Source: a virus. From it: a stretch of 64,000 bases of DNA. The DNA lies in IMG/VR virus record IMGVR_UViG_3300043449_002675, positions 27,969-91,968 of that record; one strand, 5' to 3'. The translations under genes were made by a program, and so were the position numbers. Positions within the stretch are counted from its first letter, which is position 1, and every line of letters starts with the position of its first letter. The notes beneath the pieces are model-generated. The model ran no database searches. It was not told the DNA's origin and was given only the letters and a program-made list of their open reading frames with translations. Of this stretch, positions 21,201-29,293 are shown piece by piece.

Positions 21201-22928
21201 AGCTGGTATCACATAGACGATTGTGACCCAGAAATTGGTGATTGTCGTTGTCCTCCGACACCAACCCCTCCAGCAAGTGGTGCAAATGCAGGCAAAATAT
21301 ATTTAGAGGAAGCTTGCGTCCATCCAACTTCGACACCAACCCCAACCCAAGGATGCGGATACTGCGAATATCAGTGGCAACCAAACGCATGTCCTACCGG
21401 CGGATTTTGTATTTACACATATTACGCTGCTGTTAATGGCTGGGAAAGGGTTAGTGATTGCCAAGGAGGATGCGGATGTCCAAGCATAGAAATTTTAGTT
21501 GATGGCGGAGTTTTACCTATACCATATACCGATGGAGCCAAAGTTTCTATGAATTGCCTGCCCCCACCGGGACCTTACGCTGGCAATTGGGGTCTTTGGT
21601 ACAACGGATGTACAACTAATGATTGCAAATGTCCAAACGAAACTCCTCCAGTTCAAGGGCAGTATTTCAACCAAAGATGGAATTTGAATTGCGAAATTAA
21701 AACGACGCCAACACCAACACCATCAGCTTCTTCTGGATGCGATTGCAACATAGTTGGTTCGGCATGTGGATGGCAGTGTCAAAATAGCGGTGGAACTTAT
21801 AAGTGGGTGAAATTACAAGATGGCTGCAACTTATTCTGTGCGGCTGGCTCTTGTCAGTGTATACCGCCATCAGGACCATGCTCCGCTTCTACTGAGGGTG
21901 AGGTTTCGCAAACAAAATGCACAAATATCGGCACTGCCACACCTACACCCATGCCAACCACACCTCCTCCTACACCGAGTCCTTCATTGGGTGCATGCTT
22001 GGGATGTTTCCTTACATGGAATTACAGTACTAAGACATATGATATAAGCGGAAATAATTGTTTGGCAGCGGGATGTAATGGGTGTTATATTCCTACAGCA
22101 TACCAAGGCCAAAACATAACAATGCCCTGCGCCAACAATCCCCCTGAAAGTAAATGTAGTTCAAAGCCAAGTGAAAGTTGGCCGCAGTATTGTACGTGGG
22201 AGTGTGATGGAGGCGGCAACTGGATTCTTACGTCGCAGTGCGCTGCTGGCTGTGATTGCCCGTATCCTTGGCTTAATTTGTGTAATGCATTTTCAGATGT
22301 TGTTTACGAGCTATGTAGACCAGCAGCTCCTCCAGTGAACTTTGACGGAAATACCTACGTAGATGAGGGACTTCCTTTATCAAACATGTCTGTAAATTTA
22401 GATGAGCCTACCATATCTCCTCCTCCACGCATCATAGCTGAAGGAGTTAAGGTGGAATTGGTTCCAGTCAGCAGGGAACGAGTCAAGCTTTGCAAGTACG
22501 CTGGCAGACAGCCATTAGAGATGGTTAAACAAGGATGCGGCGCATGTGCTGTACGTACTTGTGAAAAATTCGGATTGTGTTCTCACAGTGGTGTCATAGA
22601 GGGCAGAGACGATGTTTATTGCTGTCAAATGTGCGATGAATATGATTCTGGACAACAAGTAAAAATAGAATCATCTCAATCAGCAGAAGCACCCAAGTCT
22701 GCGGCCATAACTACAACTAATAATTCGATAGAAACAAAGAGCGTAGAAAAGATAAATGCACCAGTGGCATCATCAAAAACTTTACCAAAAATTATCGATC
22801 CATTTACTGCAGCAGATGAGTATATGAAGAAAAGTAATATGGTAAAAATTGCGCCAGTCAACTTATCTATTAAAGTAGATGTAGATAACCTTATTGAAGG
22901 CAAAAATGATACGGAGCAAGGCGGATAA
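18267..22928 (+). CDS. Giant modular fibre-like protein: HHN domain, PKD, IPSTISV repeats, P-domain-like module, Pro/Thr linkers, Cys-rich modules
   Basis: AQHHN; IDFGDG; tandem IPS.ISV repeats; PT-rich linkers; about 68 Cys counted by eye in 20412-22316; TTG start. Confidence 0.7.
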   Translation: MGTILPNSNYPKTYDTDTSLFQVYNTSQTVLSATLNSWQTSINIVPVAVGEPELWANSGYVTIEGELIYYASVHLDVNGKVDKLLECIRRTNGTVPRNYPAGTPVRGFVIAQHHNNLAQSIVNVENFVGTLTTTDQDTIYWKLQQIANLRPLTDDSGCPQIEFYYRVISTSPIEGTEISYSLNIIGNINNFLIDFGDGTTESTTQNGTHFYAPNKRIDPSVTVTTDECDCLQTSAERLRIDDLAQNTIAGQTTFPVIVPPIPDFPNLDLAVVNEVPNNIQFPPIVFPCLDIGPFGPIVVPSTISIVNPYPIPSVITFEDVPVFPSQIVITSSVVIPTRISIIGNLPSTLSVIGNIPSTISVVGIPSTINVVAPSNLNIGISVINTVPCTISVIGNIPSVIAIDDLSASLDVFLNGDYCTNCTGSTGCSNNGQTIQAITDIGCDPCAGANPKITRVTVVLHDFIVTTLDPANPESTRYDLVKVLIVAPDGTNCLVMGGAQTGATTFPDYTMNEPVTLTFADGSNNNIYDFTKPLETKTYAPNANGNNASYTAGQVNLGLPAPPPTGATGYGTNLAVFTDSKLQKGPWYAYISAGPRGGAYTNIVNVGKVCARVTSAQESPCDFPSPTPTSTARVTQTPVATPRKTPLPTPLPSQSPAPTATPRPSPSATPFLPFDLPTPGPNVTPIIPPRPQPQPTPPPRPSGTPGPTPAPSATFTCGTCTYVPQLEDCGSGVCTYYWDGSSWGRCGECTSCGSAGENCGCQEARIMRAFNILPPDGEDNPDVNTNCYKVVWTDQSLTDCNGGFCTYSFNMTTKQWDYFPEDSFCSGTGDNACKCQDANKILVPAGILPPNPGTNETKHTNCYKVVNSLNNCTAGSCECPPAPTSQFITGSTQQLKLNCVPECGRCYNYWSVNKGAPCDPDPADYGCSYEYIDDGWERINNFCPCENFECLDADIAVSEGLLTPVGEQGEIVRLSCYQASWYHIDDCDPEIGDCRCPPTPTPPASGANAGKIYLEEACVHPTSTPTPTQGCGYCEYQWQPNACPTGGFCIYTYYAAVNGWERVSDCQGGCGCPSIEILVDGGVLPIPYTDGAKVSMNCLPPPGPYAGNWGLWYNGCTTNDCKCPNETPPVQGQYFNQRWNLNCEIKTTPTPTPSASSGCDCNIVGSACGWQCQNSGGTYKWVKLQDGCNLFCAAGSCQCIPPSGPCSASTEGEVSQTKCTNIGTATPTPMPTTPPPTPSPSLGACLGCFLTWNYSTKTYDISGNNCLAAGCNGCYIPTAYQGQNITMPCANNPPESKCSSKPSESWPQYCTWECDGGGNWILTSQCAAGCDCPYPWLNLCNAFSDVVYELCRPAAPPVNFDGNTYVDEGLPLSNMSVNLDEPTISPPPRIIAEGVKVELVPVSRERVKLCKYAGRQPLEMVKQGCGACAVRTCEKFGLCSHSGVIEGRDDVYCCQMCDEYDSGQQVKIESSQSAEAPKSAAITTTNNSIETKSVEKINAPVASSKTLPKIIDPFTAADEYMKKSNMVKIAPVNLSIKVDVDNLIEGKNDTEQGG

Positions 22929-23808
22929 ACAAGCTATTAAAAGATTGAAGGCCATGGATTCCCAAGGAAATCCTTTGCTTTTGACCTTTAAGAAACATGA
23001 AAATCAAAACGAATATCTTCATTATGGCAATCATTGGATAAGAAATTTCTCTGGGGTGAACATAAATCCAGCGGATATAAATAACTTTTTCAAAAATGAA
23101 GATGTCCGTATTTTGGCAGACAATGAAATAAGAAACAGCAATCACAGATATCCAGTTTTGGAGCCTGACCTATTTAAAAGGTTTCAGGATATACTCATAG
23201 TAGGGGACGGCATAGGTTTTGAAGATCATAAATTAATTAATTACATCAGGCCAAATGTATGTTGTTTCGTTGTAAATCAAGCCGCAAGATTGTGGGAATC
23301 ACAGGTGCAGCCAGAATTTATGCTGGTAAATAATCCTTATGAAACTGTAATGAACAGCATGCCTGTCAGAAACTTCCCGAAGTTAATTGCAAACAGAAAA
23401 ACACATTATCAATTCATAAGATCCTACAGAAACATAATCTACCTTTATGATTCCGTGCCTGATTCAAATTACGAAAGCTCTATCTCCAAGAATACAGACT
23501 TGCATTTTGACGATTATCGCAACCCAATTTGTGCGATAATTAGTTTGGCAAATAAGTATCTTAAAGGTAATGTTTACTTGGCATTTTGTTCTAGTGGTTT
23601 CAAACAGAATCGGGATGCAACTGTTAAAATTGAAGATGGAGTTTATCAATATCCTGTGCAAATTACCGCTGATCAAATAATAGATGGTAATTTATTTTGG
23701 TATAATTTTTCGAACCGAGCATCTAAAATATATCATACTGGTGTTAAAAATAGTTATAAGTTTTCTAAATACTTAACGTTAGATGATTTTATTGGTAACT
23801 TAACATGA
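22894..23808 (+). CDS. MAF/DUF115-like (sugar-transfer-related) protein
   Basis: DILIVGDGIGF...CFVVNQAARLW...PEFMLVNNP pattern resembles the DUF115/MAF Rossmann-like core. Confidence 0.4.
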   Translation: MKAKMIRSKADKQAIKRLKAMDSQGNPLLLTFKKHENQNEYLHYGNHWIRNFSGVNINPADINNFFKNEDVRILADNEIRNSNHRYPVLEPDLFKRFQDILIVGDGIGFEDHKLINYIRPNVCCFVVNQAARLWESQVQPEFMLVNNPYETVMNSMPVRNFPKLIANRKTHYQFIRSYRNIIYLYDSVPDSNYESSISKNTDLHFDDYRNPICAIISLANKYLKGNVYLAFCSSGFKQNRDATVKIEDGVYQYPVQITADQIIDGNLFWYNFSNRASKIYHTGVKNSYKFSKYLTLDDFIGNLT

Positions 23809-24104
23809 ACAATAAAAAGTTTTTTTCGCCAAACTTTATGGCAGAATTTAAGAAGTGGATGTCTGAAAACCAAGACAGCAAGAATTCATTTGTTAAAGGA
23901 CAACATGTATACAGCGGAGCCAAACTTAAACACATAGTTGAAACTATAGACTGTTTGGATGTTGGAGAAAATGCCGTGCTTGATGTAAGCAAATATTTCA
24001 TCAAGCACGGCGGTGTTGTAAAAGAGGTAAACGGGGATCAAGTTACAATCAAGAATAAAAAAGGAACATTTATCCTTTCCAATCAGGATTTGGTTTCACA
24101 GTAA
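23805..24104 (+). CDS. Hypothetical protein
   Basis: ORF coupled to upstream gene; FMAEFKKWMSE N-terminal motif. Confidence 0.55.
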   Translation: MNNKKFFSPNFMAEFKKWMSENQDSKNSFVKGQHVYSGAKLKHIVETIDCLDVGENAVLDVSKYFIKHGGVVKEVNGDQVTIKNKKGTFILSNQDLVSQ

Positions 24105-24650
24105 TTACGGTTTTTTGATTTTTAAATTTTCTTTAGCATTTGGGGGTATCACAATTTTACCTGTTTCTGGACAGGTGAAATCGTCAATAGCTGCGTGGTA
24201 TCCATTTTCATATTGTTTGTCTATATCTTCTCTTGCATTTTGTTCGCCGGTTGTCATACCTTTATGGTATGCAGCACGGCATAACAGGCTCAAAAATTGG
24301 CCATCCTCACTTTGAGGTGACTTTTCAGCAACCTCAATTATTTTATCGATTTGGTCTTGCGATATATTGGCAAGTGGAGTGCTATTCATGACCAGAAGGG
24401 CTTCGACTTTGCCGTCAATTTTACCCTGTGATCTGAAATAGTTCATATCCTCTAGCCCGAATATATCCCAGTCATTTTTCGGCCCTTTTGTTTTAAGGGA
24501 CAAAAGCAAACTGGTTATTTCTGACTTCTGGATATAGTCGTTTTGCCTTTCTTCACGAAGGCGCACGTTTTCCAGCCACAGCATGCCGCAAAATACGGCG
24601 CTACAAGACCATGCAATAGCAATGGATCCAGTCAAAGCCCATAACTTCAT
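24105..24650 (-). CDS. Membrane-anchored protein, paralogue of 24661-25176
   Basis: N-terminal hydrophobic helix from MKLWAL; shares GKVE, AYHKG and YENGY motifs with its neighbour. Confidence 0.6.
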   Translation of the reverse strand: MKLWALTGSIAIAWSCSAVFCGMLWLENVRLREERQNDYIQKSEITSLLLSLKTKGPKNDWDIFGLEDMNYFRSQGKIDGKVEALLVMNSTPLANISQDQIDKIIEVAEKSPQSEDGQFLSLLCRAAYHKGMTTGEQNAREDIDKQYENGYHAAIDDFTCPETGKIVIPPNAKENLKIKKP

Positions 24651-24660
24651 GGCAGCACCT

Positions 24661-25176
24661 TTACTTGGAGGGTTTGATTTCTTCTTTTTTCTCTGGGTTT
24701 GCAATAGCTTTGGCTTGATTATTTACAAAATTCTCAATAGCGGATTTGACATTATCGCCGCTTTTGAGAATTGTTTGAATTGCTTTCATGTTTTCATTGG
24801 TGCCCATTTGAAAGCCAGCAGCATATCCCTTTTCGTAATTCATTTCGCCAACGAAATCAGTTTGTTCCAATCCACGCTGATATCCAGCGTGCCAAATCGA
24901 GCTAATTTCATTGCTTTGAGGGCTTGCGTTGTGAACCAAGGAGATAATTCCTTCTACCTTGCCTTGCATTTTGGCGTATTCAAGGGCAGAGGTGTCATCA
25001 GCAAAGCCATTACGCTTGCTCAAGATAAACTCGTTGATTTGATCTTCGTTGATTTGACTTCTTTTGACTTCAACGTCGAGAAGAAATTGAGTTCTTGTCT
25101 GTCGGTACAGCTGAAATCCATTCCCAGACAAGGAAACCGCAAGAATTCCGCCAAGAATCATCGCCGTGCTACGCAT
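24661..25176 (-). CDS. Membrane-anchored protein, paralogue of 24105-24650
   Basis: N-terminal hydrophobic helix; QGKVEG, AGYQRG, YEKGYAAG; GGAGG SD. Confidence 0.65.
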   Translation of the reverse strand: MRSTAMILGGILAVSLSGNGFQLYRQTRTQFLLDVEVKRSQINEDQINEFILSKRNGFADDTSALEYAKMQGKVEGIISLVHNASPQSNEISSIWHAGYQRGLEQTDFVGEMNYEKGYAAGFQMGTNENMKAIQTILKSGDNVKSAIENFVNNQAKAIANPEKKEEIKPSK

Positions 25177-25178
25177 GG

Positions 25179-25598
25179 TTAGTCCTCCGTGAAAAGATGA
25201 TGCAAAGACCTTATAGCCGAAAATAAAAACAAAATCAAGAGATCAATTTCTTTTTTTTGGACCATCACTCTAGGTTGTTTTGATTTGAGACTTTTGAATT
25301 CACTCATTGTGCCGTAAAGAAGAGGCGTTAGTGTGCTTGGCAATCCTTTATAACCACGTCTGCCTAATCGGTTTATAAAATCTTGGTGATCTTTGAAATT
25401 TTCTAAGTAAAGCTGCCATTCCATAACCCTTTGATTTTGCAAATTTTCAATTTTTTGCAAAATGTTTGCTGGTATATCTCCGTTAATTACAGAAATTTTG
25501 TCAATTGTTTCAGGGTAAGAAAAATTTTCTCTATTCGCTCCTGTGGCCAAAACTTCGACGCACTTTTTATCACGTCTAGCAAAATATAACACCTGCAT
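25179..25598 (-). CDS. Hypothetical protein
   Basis: ATG at 25598 overlaps the stop of a small upstream ORF (TAATG coupling). Confidence 0.55.
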   Translation of the reverse strand: MQVLYFARRDKKCVEVLATGANRENFSYPETIDKISVINGDIPANILQKIENLQNQRVMEWQLYLENFKDHQDFINRLGRRGYKGLPSTLTPLLYGTMSEFKSLKSKQPRVMVQKKEIDLLILFLFSAIRSLHHLFTED

Positions 25599-25732
25599 TA
25601 TTTGCCACACAGCATTTTAAAAAGTTGTTCCAGAACTATGATACTTGTAGGGTCTTGAAGGTCAAATTGAGCAAAAAACTCTTTCAAACCTTCCTCAACG
25701 CCATTCAAATCTTCTTCTTTTGGTTCAGACAT
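25598..25732 (-). CDS. Small 44-aa acidic protein, not in the ORF track
   Basis: MSEPKEEDLNGVEEGLKEFFAQFDLQDPTSIIVLEQLFKMLCGK*; AGGAA upstream; TAATG-coupled to next gene. Confidence 0.5.
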   Translation of the reverse strand: MSEPKEEDLNGVEEGLKEFFAQFDLQDPTSIIVLEQLFKMLCGK

Positions 25733-26309
25733 GTATTTGCTTCCTGACTTAGATAAAGTTTCAGAATACCTGCCAATTATCTATAATGGGCACAATAAAT
25801 TAGTAGCCGCTAAATTAATACTTTTAACAGCAAAGTACAGAAAATTAGATAATTTACAGTATTGTTTAGTGTTAAAAAATGATCATGCTAAAGATTTTCC
25901 TTACAACTTCGTGATTTCGCAAGGCGATTACGAAAAACAGAAGAAAAGCTTTGCAAAATTTTGTATATGCAAGGAAATTGAAGGAGGAGATCCCATTGAA
26001 AAGTTTGCACAGGAAAACAAATTGGATATTAAAATAGCAAATGCAAAAAAGGAAAAAGGACCAATATATTTTCTTGGGACCCACGAAAACTATAAATTGG
26101 CTATAAAAACAAGTGCTTCATATTACTTAAAAAATGCAGTAATAACCGATTCGGCTTTAGAGTGTGTAGAAAAAGGCTCCACGGTGATAGGCGTCGAAAG
26201 TGTTGGACTACTTGCCTGTGCCTATAAAGGCAAAAATATTATTTTGTCCAACAAAGAAAACACAAATTCATTCCGAATGATGTTTCCAGACACAAATTTA
26301 CTGAAATAA
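25731..26309 (+). CDS. Hypothetical protein, possible degenerate GT-B C-terminal fold
   Basis: ALECVEKGSTVIGVESVGLLACAYKGKNIILS resembles the GT9 C-terminal motif; start uncertain. Confidence 0.35.
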   Translation: MYLLPDLDKVSEYLPIIYNGHNKLVAAKLILLTAKYRKLDNLQYCLVLKNDHAKDFPYNFVISQGDYEKQKKSFAKFCICKEIEGGDPIEKFAQENKLDIKIANAKKEKGPIYFLGTHENYKLAIKTSASYYLKNAVITDSALECVEKGSTVIGVESVGLLACAYKGKNIILSNKENTNSFRMMFPDTNLLK

Positions 26310-26364
26310 GTTGATATATAAAATACGCTGGTGTTGCATAAATATTCTAGACAAAGGAGATGCC

Positions 26365-26958
26365 ATGAGTGTTTTTCAGGTAAATTTAAATAATCAATAC
26401 CAAGGCTACTTAGATATAGATCCTCAGACGGGCATTGAGTTCGAAGTAGACTATAACAATCCCTCTATACAGAGGAAAATGTATGTAGCCGGACCTAATG
26501 GCGAGAGTCTTGAGTTTAGCGATGGTCAGATTTTTACTGACTGTAATTATTGGAAAAGGTTTGCTTACCCACAGGTTCCACTAACACAAGCTTTCATCAC
26601 AGTTTTGAATGACGATGGAAGTATTTGGAGCAATAACCCAGCCGAAAACAACTACCCTGTTGTTTATGCCGAAACACTGGCTGCTGCTGGAAGCTATAGT
26701 ATTGACTTTACAAATAACGGTGGATTTGCAAGCTTCTGCCAAATAAGCAACACTGGTGCTGGAGATCTGTCCGTGGAATTAAATGGTTTGCCAAGCGCTA
26801 CAATAAGCATTGCAACAGGCGCAACACAAATCTTTAATTATGGGGATTTATCTTTGACTGCTCTCAACTTGACTAGCGTTGCAGGCACAACATTCCAAGT
26901 TGTTGCTGGTGTTCAGGTTACTTGCAGCCCGATAGTAACATCTTTCGTCAACAACTAA
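26365..26958 (+). CDS. Putative late / virion protein
   Basis: CATAAATA at 26337-26344 and AGGAG SD before ATG 26365; beta-rich C-terminal domain. Confidence 0.55.
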   Translation: MSVFQVNLNNQYQGYLDIDPQTGIEFEVDYNNPSIQRKMYVAGPNGESLEFSDGQIFTDCNYWKRFAYPQVPLTQAFITVLNDDGSIWSNNPAENNYPVVYAETLAAAGSYSIDFTNNGGFASFCQISNTGAGDLSVELNGLPSATISIATGATQIFNYGDLSLTALNLTSVAGTTFQVVAGVQVTCSPIVTSFVNN

Positions 26959-26978
26959 GCCAAGACCGAAATACTATA

Positions 26979-27008
26979 ATAGGGGCAGAGGAATATCTCT
27001 GCCCCTAT
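26979..27008 (+). promoter_or_regulatory. Translation-initiation-sequestering hairpin overlapping a TATAAT element
   Basis: ATAGGGGCAGAG (26979-26990) pairs perfectly with CTCTGCCCCTAT (26997-27008), covering part of the GAGGA SD and the AT of ATG 27007; TATAAT at 26975-26980. Confidence 0.65.
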
Positions 27009-27948
27009 GTTTTTTAACAATAAAGCTTTTGAAATTACTGTCAGTGGATTTAAAAAAGTTCACAACAGAATTTGCGTGTATCGGGCTGTTGGAGGCCTTG
27101 GCGACATCATAGCTATGCGCATGATATTCGAGGATTTTAAGAAAAAATATCCAAAATTTCACCTTACTTGGGCAGTGCCATACAAATATTTTCCTGTGGC
27201 AGACAAACATCCATTTGTGGATGAATTGATTCATTTAGAAGACTTTAAAAAACACAATTATATCGAAGTGTACGACATCACAACCGCATGCGGCAAATAT
27301 GAAACTATGAATGCCAAGGGCAATTTGAAAAACAGGTCCGATATATGGGCAGAACACTTTGGCTTGAAATTAGACAGTCATAATTTGCACATGCCAAGCT
27401 ATCTGGACAGAAAAGAAAAAGTAATTAAAAGACTAACAGAGCTTGGATGGGATAAAAAAAAGAAATTAGTTGCATTTGCTCCAAGGAGTGCAATTGGTAT
27501 TAAAAATATGACTTTTGAGCAAATTAAAACCGTCAAAGATATGACAAATAAATTTTTTATTTTCTGCCTTCATCACGTGCCAATTTTAGAAGTAGAACAA
27601 GTAGGAATCCCAGCGGTTTACAATTTCAGCCTTCAAGAGTGTTTATGTGCTATAGAAATTTCGGATTTCATGATTTCAACAGACACAGGCTTGATGCATG
27701 CTGCTGCCGGCTATGGAAAGCCAACTTTGGCTACTTTTAGCTTTGTAGACGGAGAAACATACTGCAAATATTACCCAAAGGTACAAATTATACAGCTGCA
27801 TTACAAGAACATAGACAATTGGTGCGGACCATGCTATGATTATTCTAAATGTCCTTATACATCTCAAATTACCACAAAACCGTGCCAATCAGAAATATCT
27901 GCAAAAATGTTGCAAGAAAATTGGGACAAACTATTAAATAGATTGTAG
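27007..27948 (+). CDS. Glycosyltransferase family 9 (heptosyltransferase-like)
   Basis: RAVGGLGDII; HPFVDELI; ISTDTGLMHAAAGYGKPTLATF; C-terminal CGPC...C...C. Confidence 0.85.
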   Translation: MFFNNKAFEITVSGFKKVHNRICVYRAVGGLGDIIAMRMIFEDFKKKYPKFHLTWAVPYKYFPVADKHPFVDELIHLEDFKKHNYIEVYDITTACGKYETMNAKGNLKNRSDIWAEHFGLKLDSHNLHMPSYLDRKEKVIKRLTELGWDKKKKLVAFAPRSAIGIKNMTFEQIKTVKDMTNKFFIFCLHHVPILEVEQVGIPAVYNFSLQECLCAIEISDFMISTDTGLMHAAAGYGKPTLATFSFVDGETYCKYYPKVQIIQLHYKNIDNWCGPCYDYSKCPYTSQITTKPCQSEISAKMLQENWDKLLNRL

Positions 27949-27968
27949 CTATTTTACTGTATTATTAT

Positions 27969-28217
27969 ATGGCAGTACTTATTGAACCAAGTAATTTGAA
28001 AGTGATCAGCCAAAATGGACAGGTCACATTAGCCCTGCAGATTGAGTTAAATATCAATCTCAACAGCAACGTCACGACTACCGATGCTGGAAATAGTGGA
28101 GGTAGCCACAATTTCAAAACCAGCACAACACCACTCAAAAACGCTCAAGATGAAGAAAAAACAGAATGGTTGGTCCCTGATTTTACAGCTAAAGAAAAGG
28201 TTAAGTTTGGCAAATGA
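27969..28217 (+). CDS. Small hypothetical protein upstream of the actin homologue
   Basis: Beta-strand N-terminus, low-complexity linker, C-terminal WLVPDF...VKFGK motif. Confidence 0.6.
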   Translation: MAVLIEPSNLKVISQNGQVTLALQIELNINLNSNVTTTDAGNSGGSHNFKTSTTPLKNAQDEEKTEWLVPDFTAKEKVKFGK

Positions 28218-28264
28218 GGGGAGCATATGGCAACAATAGTCCTAGAAAAGAGAAAGGCAAAAAT

Positions 28265-29278
28265 ATGGCAGTTTCAGTTGACGTAGGCACTTATACATTG
28301 GTATCTTGTAAAAGAGATGCCGATAATAATTTTGTCTTCAAGAAAGAAATTAATGCATTTCTTGAATTGCCTTTGGAAAATCGTTTCGTATTTAACATGA
28401 TGAAACAGGCTGGAGTACCGCTAATTGAGCGTGAAAATGTTGCTTATGCACTTGGCGAAGCTGCGGTAAATATGGCATATACTCTACCAAGTCTAGAGCT
28501 AAAGCGACCCATGAAAGATGGCTGCGTAAATCCAAGGGAAAAAGACGCATTCCAAATTATGTCTATTATGTTACACTCATTAATTGAACCGGTTTCAAAA
28601 GATGGCGAAACACTTTATTATTGCGTTCCCGCAAATGCCATCAATCAGGACACAGATGCTGATTATCATCAGAAAGTTATAGAATCAATTTTCCGCAGCT
28701 ATGAAAGTGAACAAGGATTCAAAGTAACACCAAAGCCAATTAATGAAGCTTTGGCTTTGGTTTACTCGGAATTAGCAAATAAAATGTTTACTGGCGTTGG
28801 AATCAGCTGCGGCGGCGGCATGGTTAATGTTTGTTACGCCATGTATGGCAATCCTATATTCCAGTTTGCCATAGTAAATTCTGGCGACTGGATTGACCGT
28901 CAGGCCGCTAAGGCCACAGGCGAATCACCCACTTTCATCAACAAAGAAAAAATGAAGGTAGATCTCACAAAGGAACCAAAAAACTTGGTGGAAAGAGCAA
29001 TAATTACTCAGTACAGACTGATGATTGAAAAAACAATTACTGGAATTAGAGATGGCTTGGCATCTGCAAAGCAATCAGTAAAATCAGAACATCCTGTTGA
29101 TTTTGTTGTTGCTGGTGGAACCAGCATGGCAGTTGGTTTTGTTGAAATATTTACCGAAACTTTGAAGCAGGCTAATCTTAGCATTCAAGTTGGTGATGTA
29201 ATCAGGCCAGCAGAGCCTCTTTACAGCGTTGCCAAGGGATGTTTGATTGCCGCCGAAGCAGCAGACGCAGGAACCTAA
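28265..29278 (+). CDS. Actin-superfamily ATPase, volactin/MreB-like
   Basis: Phosphate-1 DVGT, connect-1 INEALA, phosphate-2 SCGGG, adenosine AGGTS, connect-2 EPLYSVAKG. Confidence 0.88.
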   Translation: MAVSVDVGTYTLVSCKRDADNNFVFKKEINAFLELPLENRFVFNMMKQAGVPLIERENVAYALGEAAVNMAYTLPSLELKRPMKDGCVNPREKDAFQIMSIMLHSLIEPVSKDGETLYYCVPANAINQDTDADYHQKVIESIFRSYESEQGFKVTPKPINEALALVYSELANKMFTGVGISCGGGMVNVCYAMYGNPIFQFAIVNSGDWIDRQAAKATGESPTFINKEKMKVDLTKEPKNLVERAIITQYRLMIEKTITGIRDGLASAKQSVKSEHPVDFVVAGGTSMAVGFVEIFTETLKQANLSIQVGDVIRPAEPLYSVAKGCLIAAEAADAGT

Positions 29279-29293
29279 GAAAGCGAGAATTGA

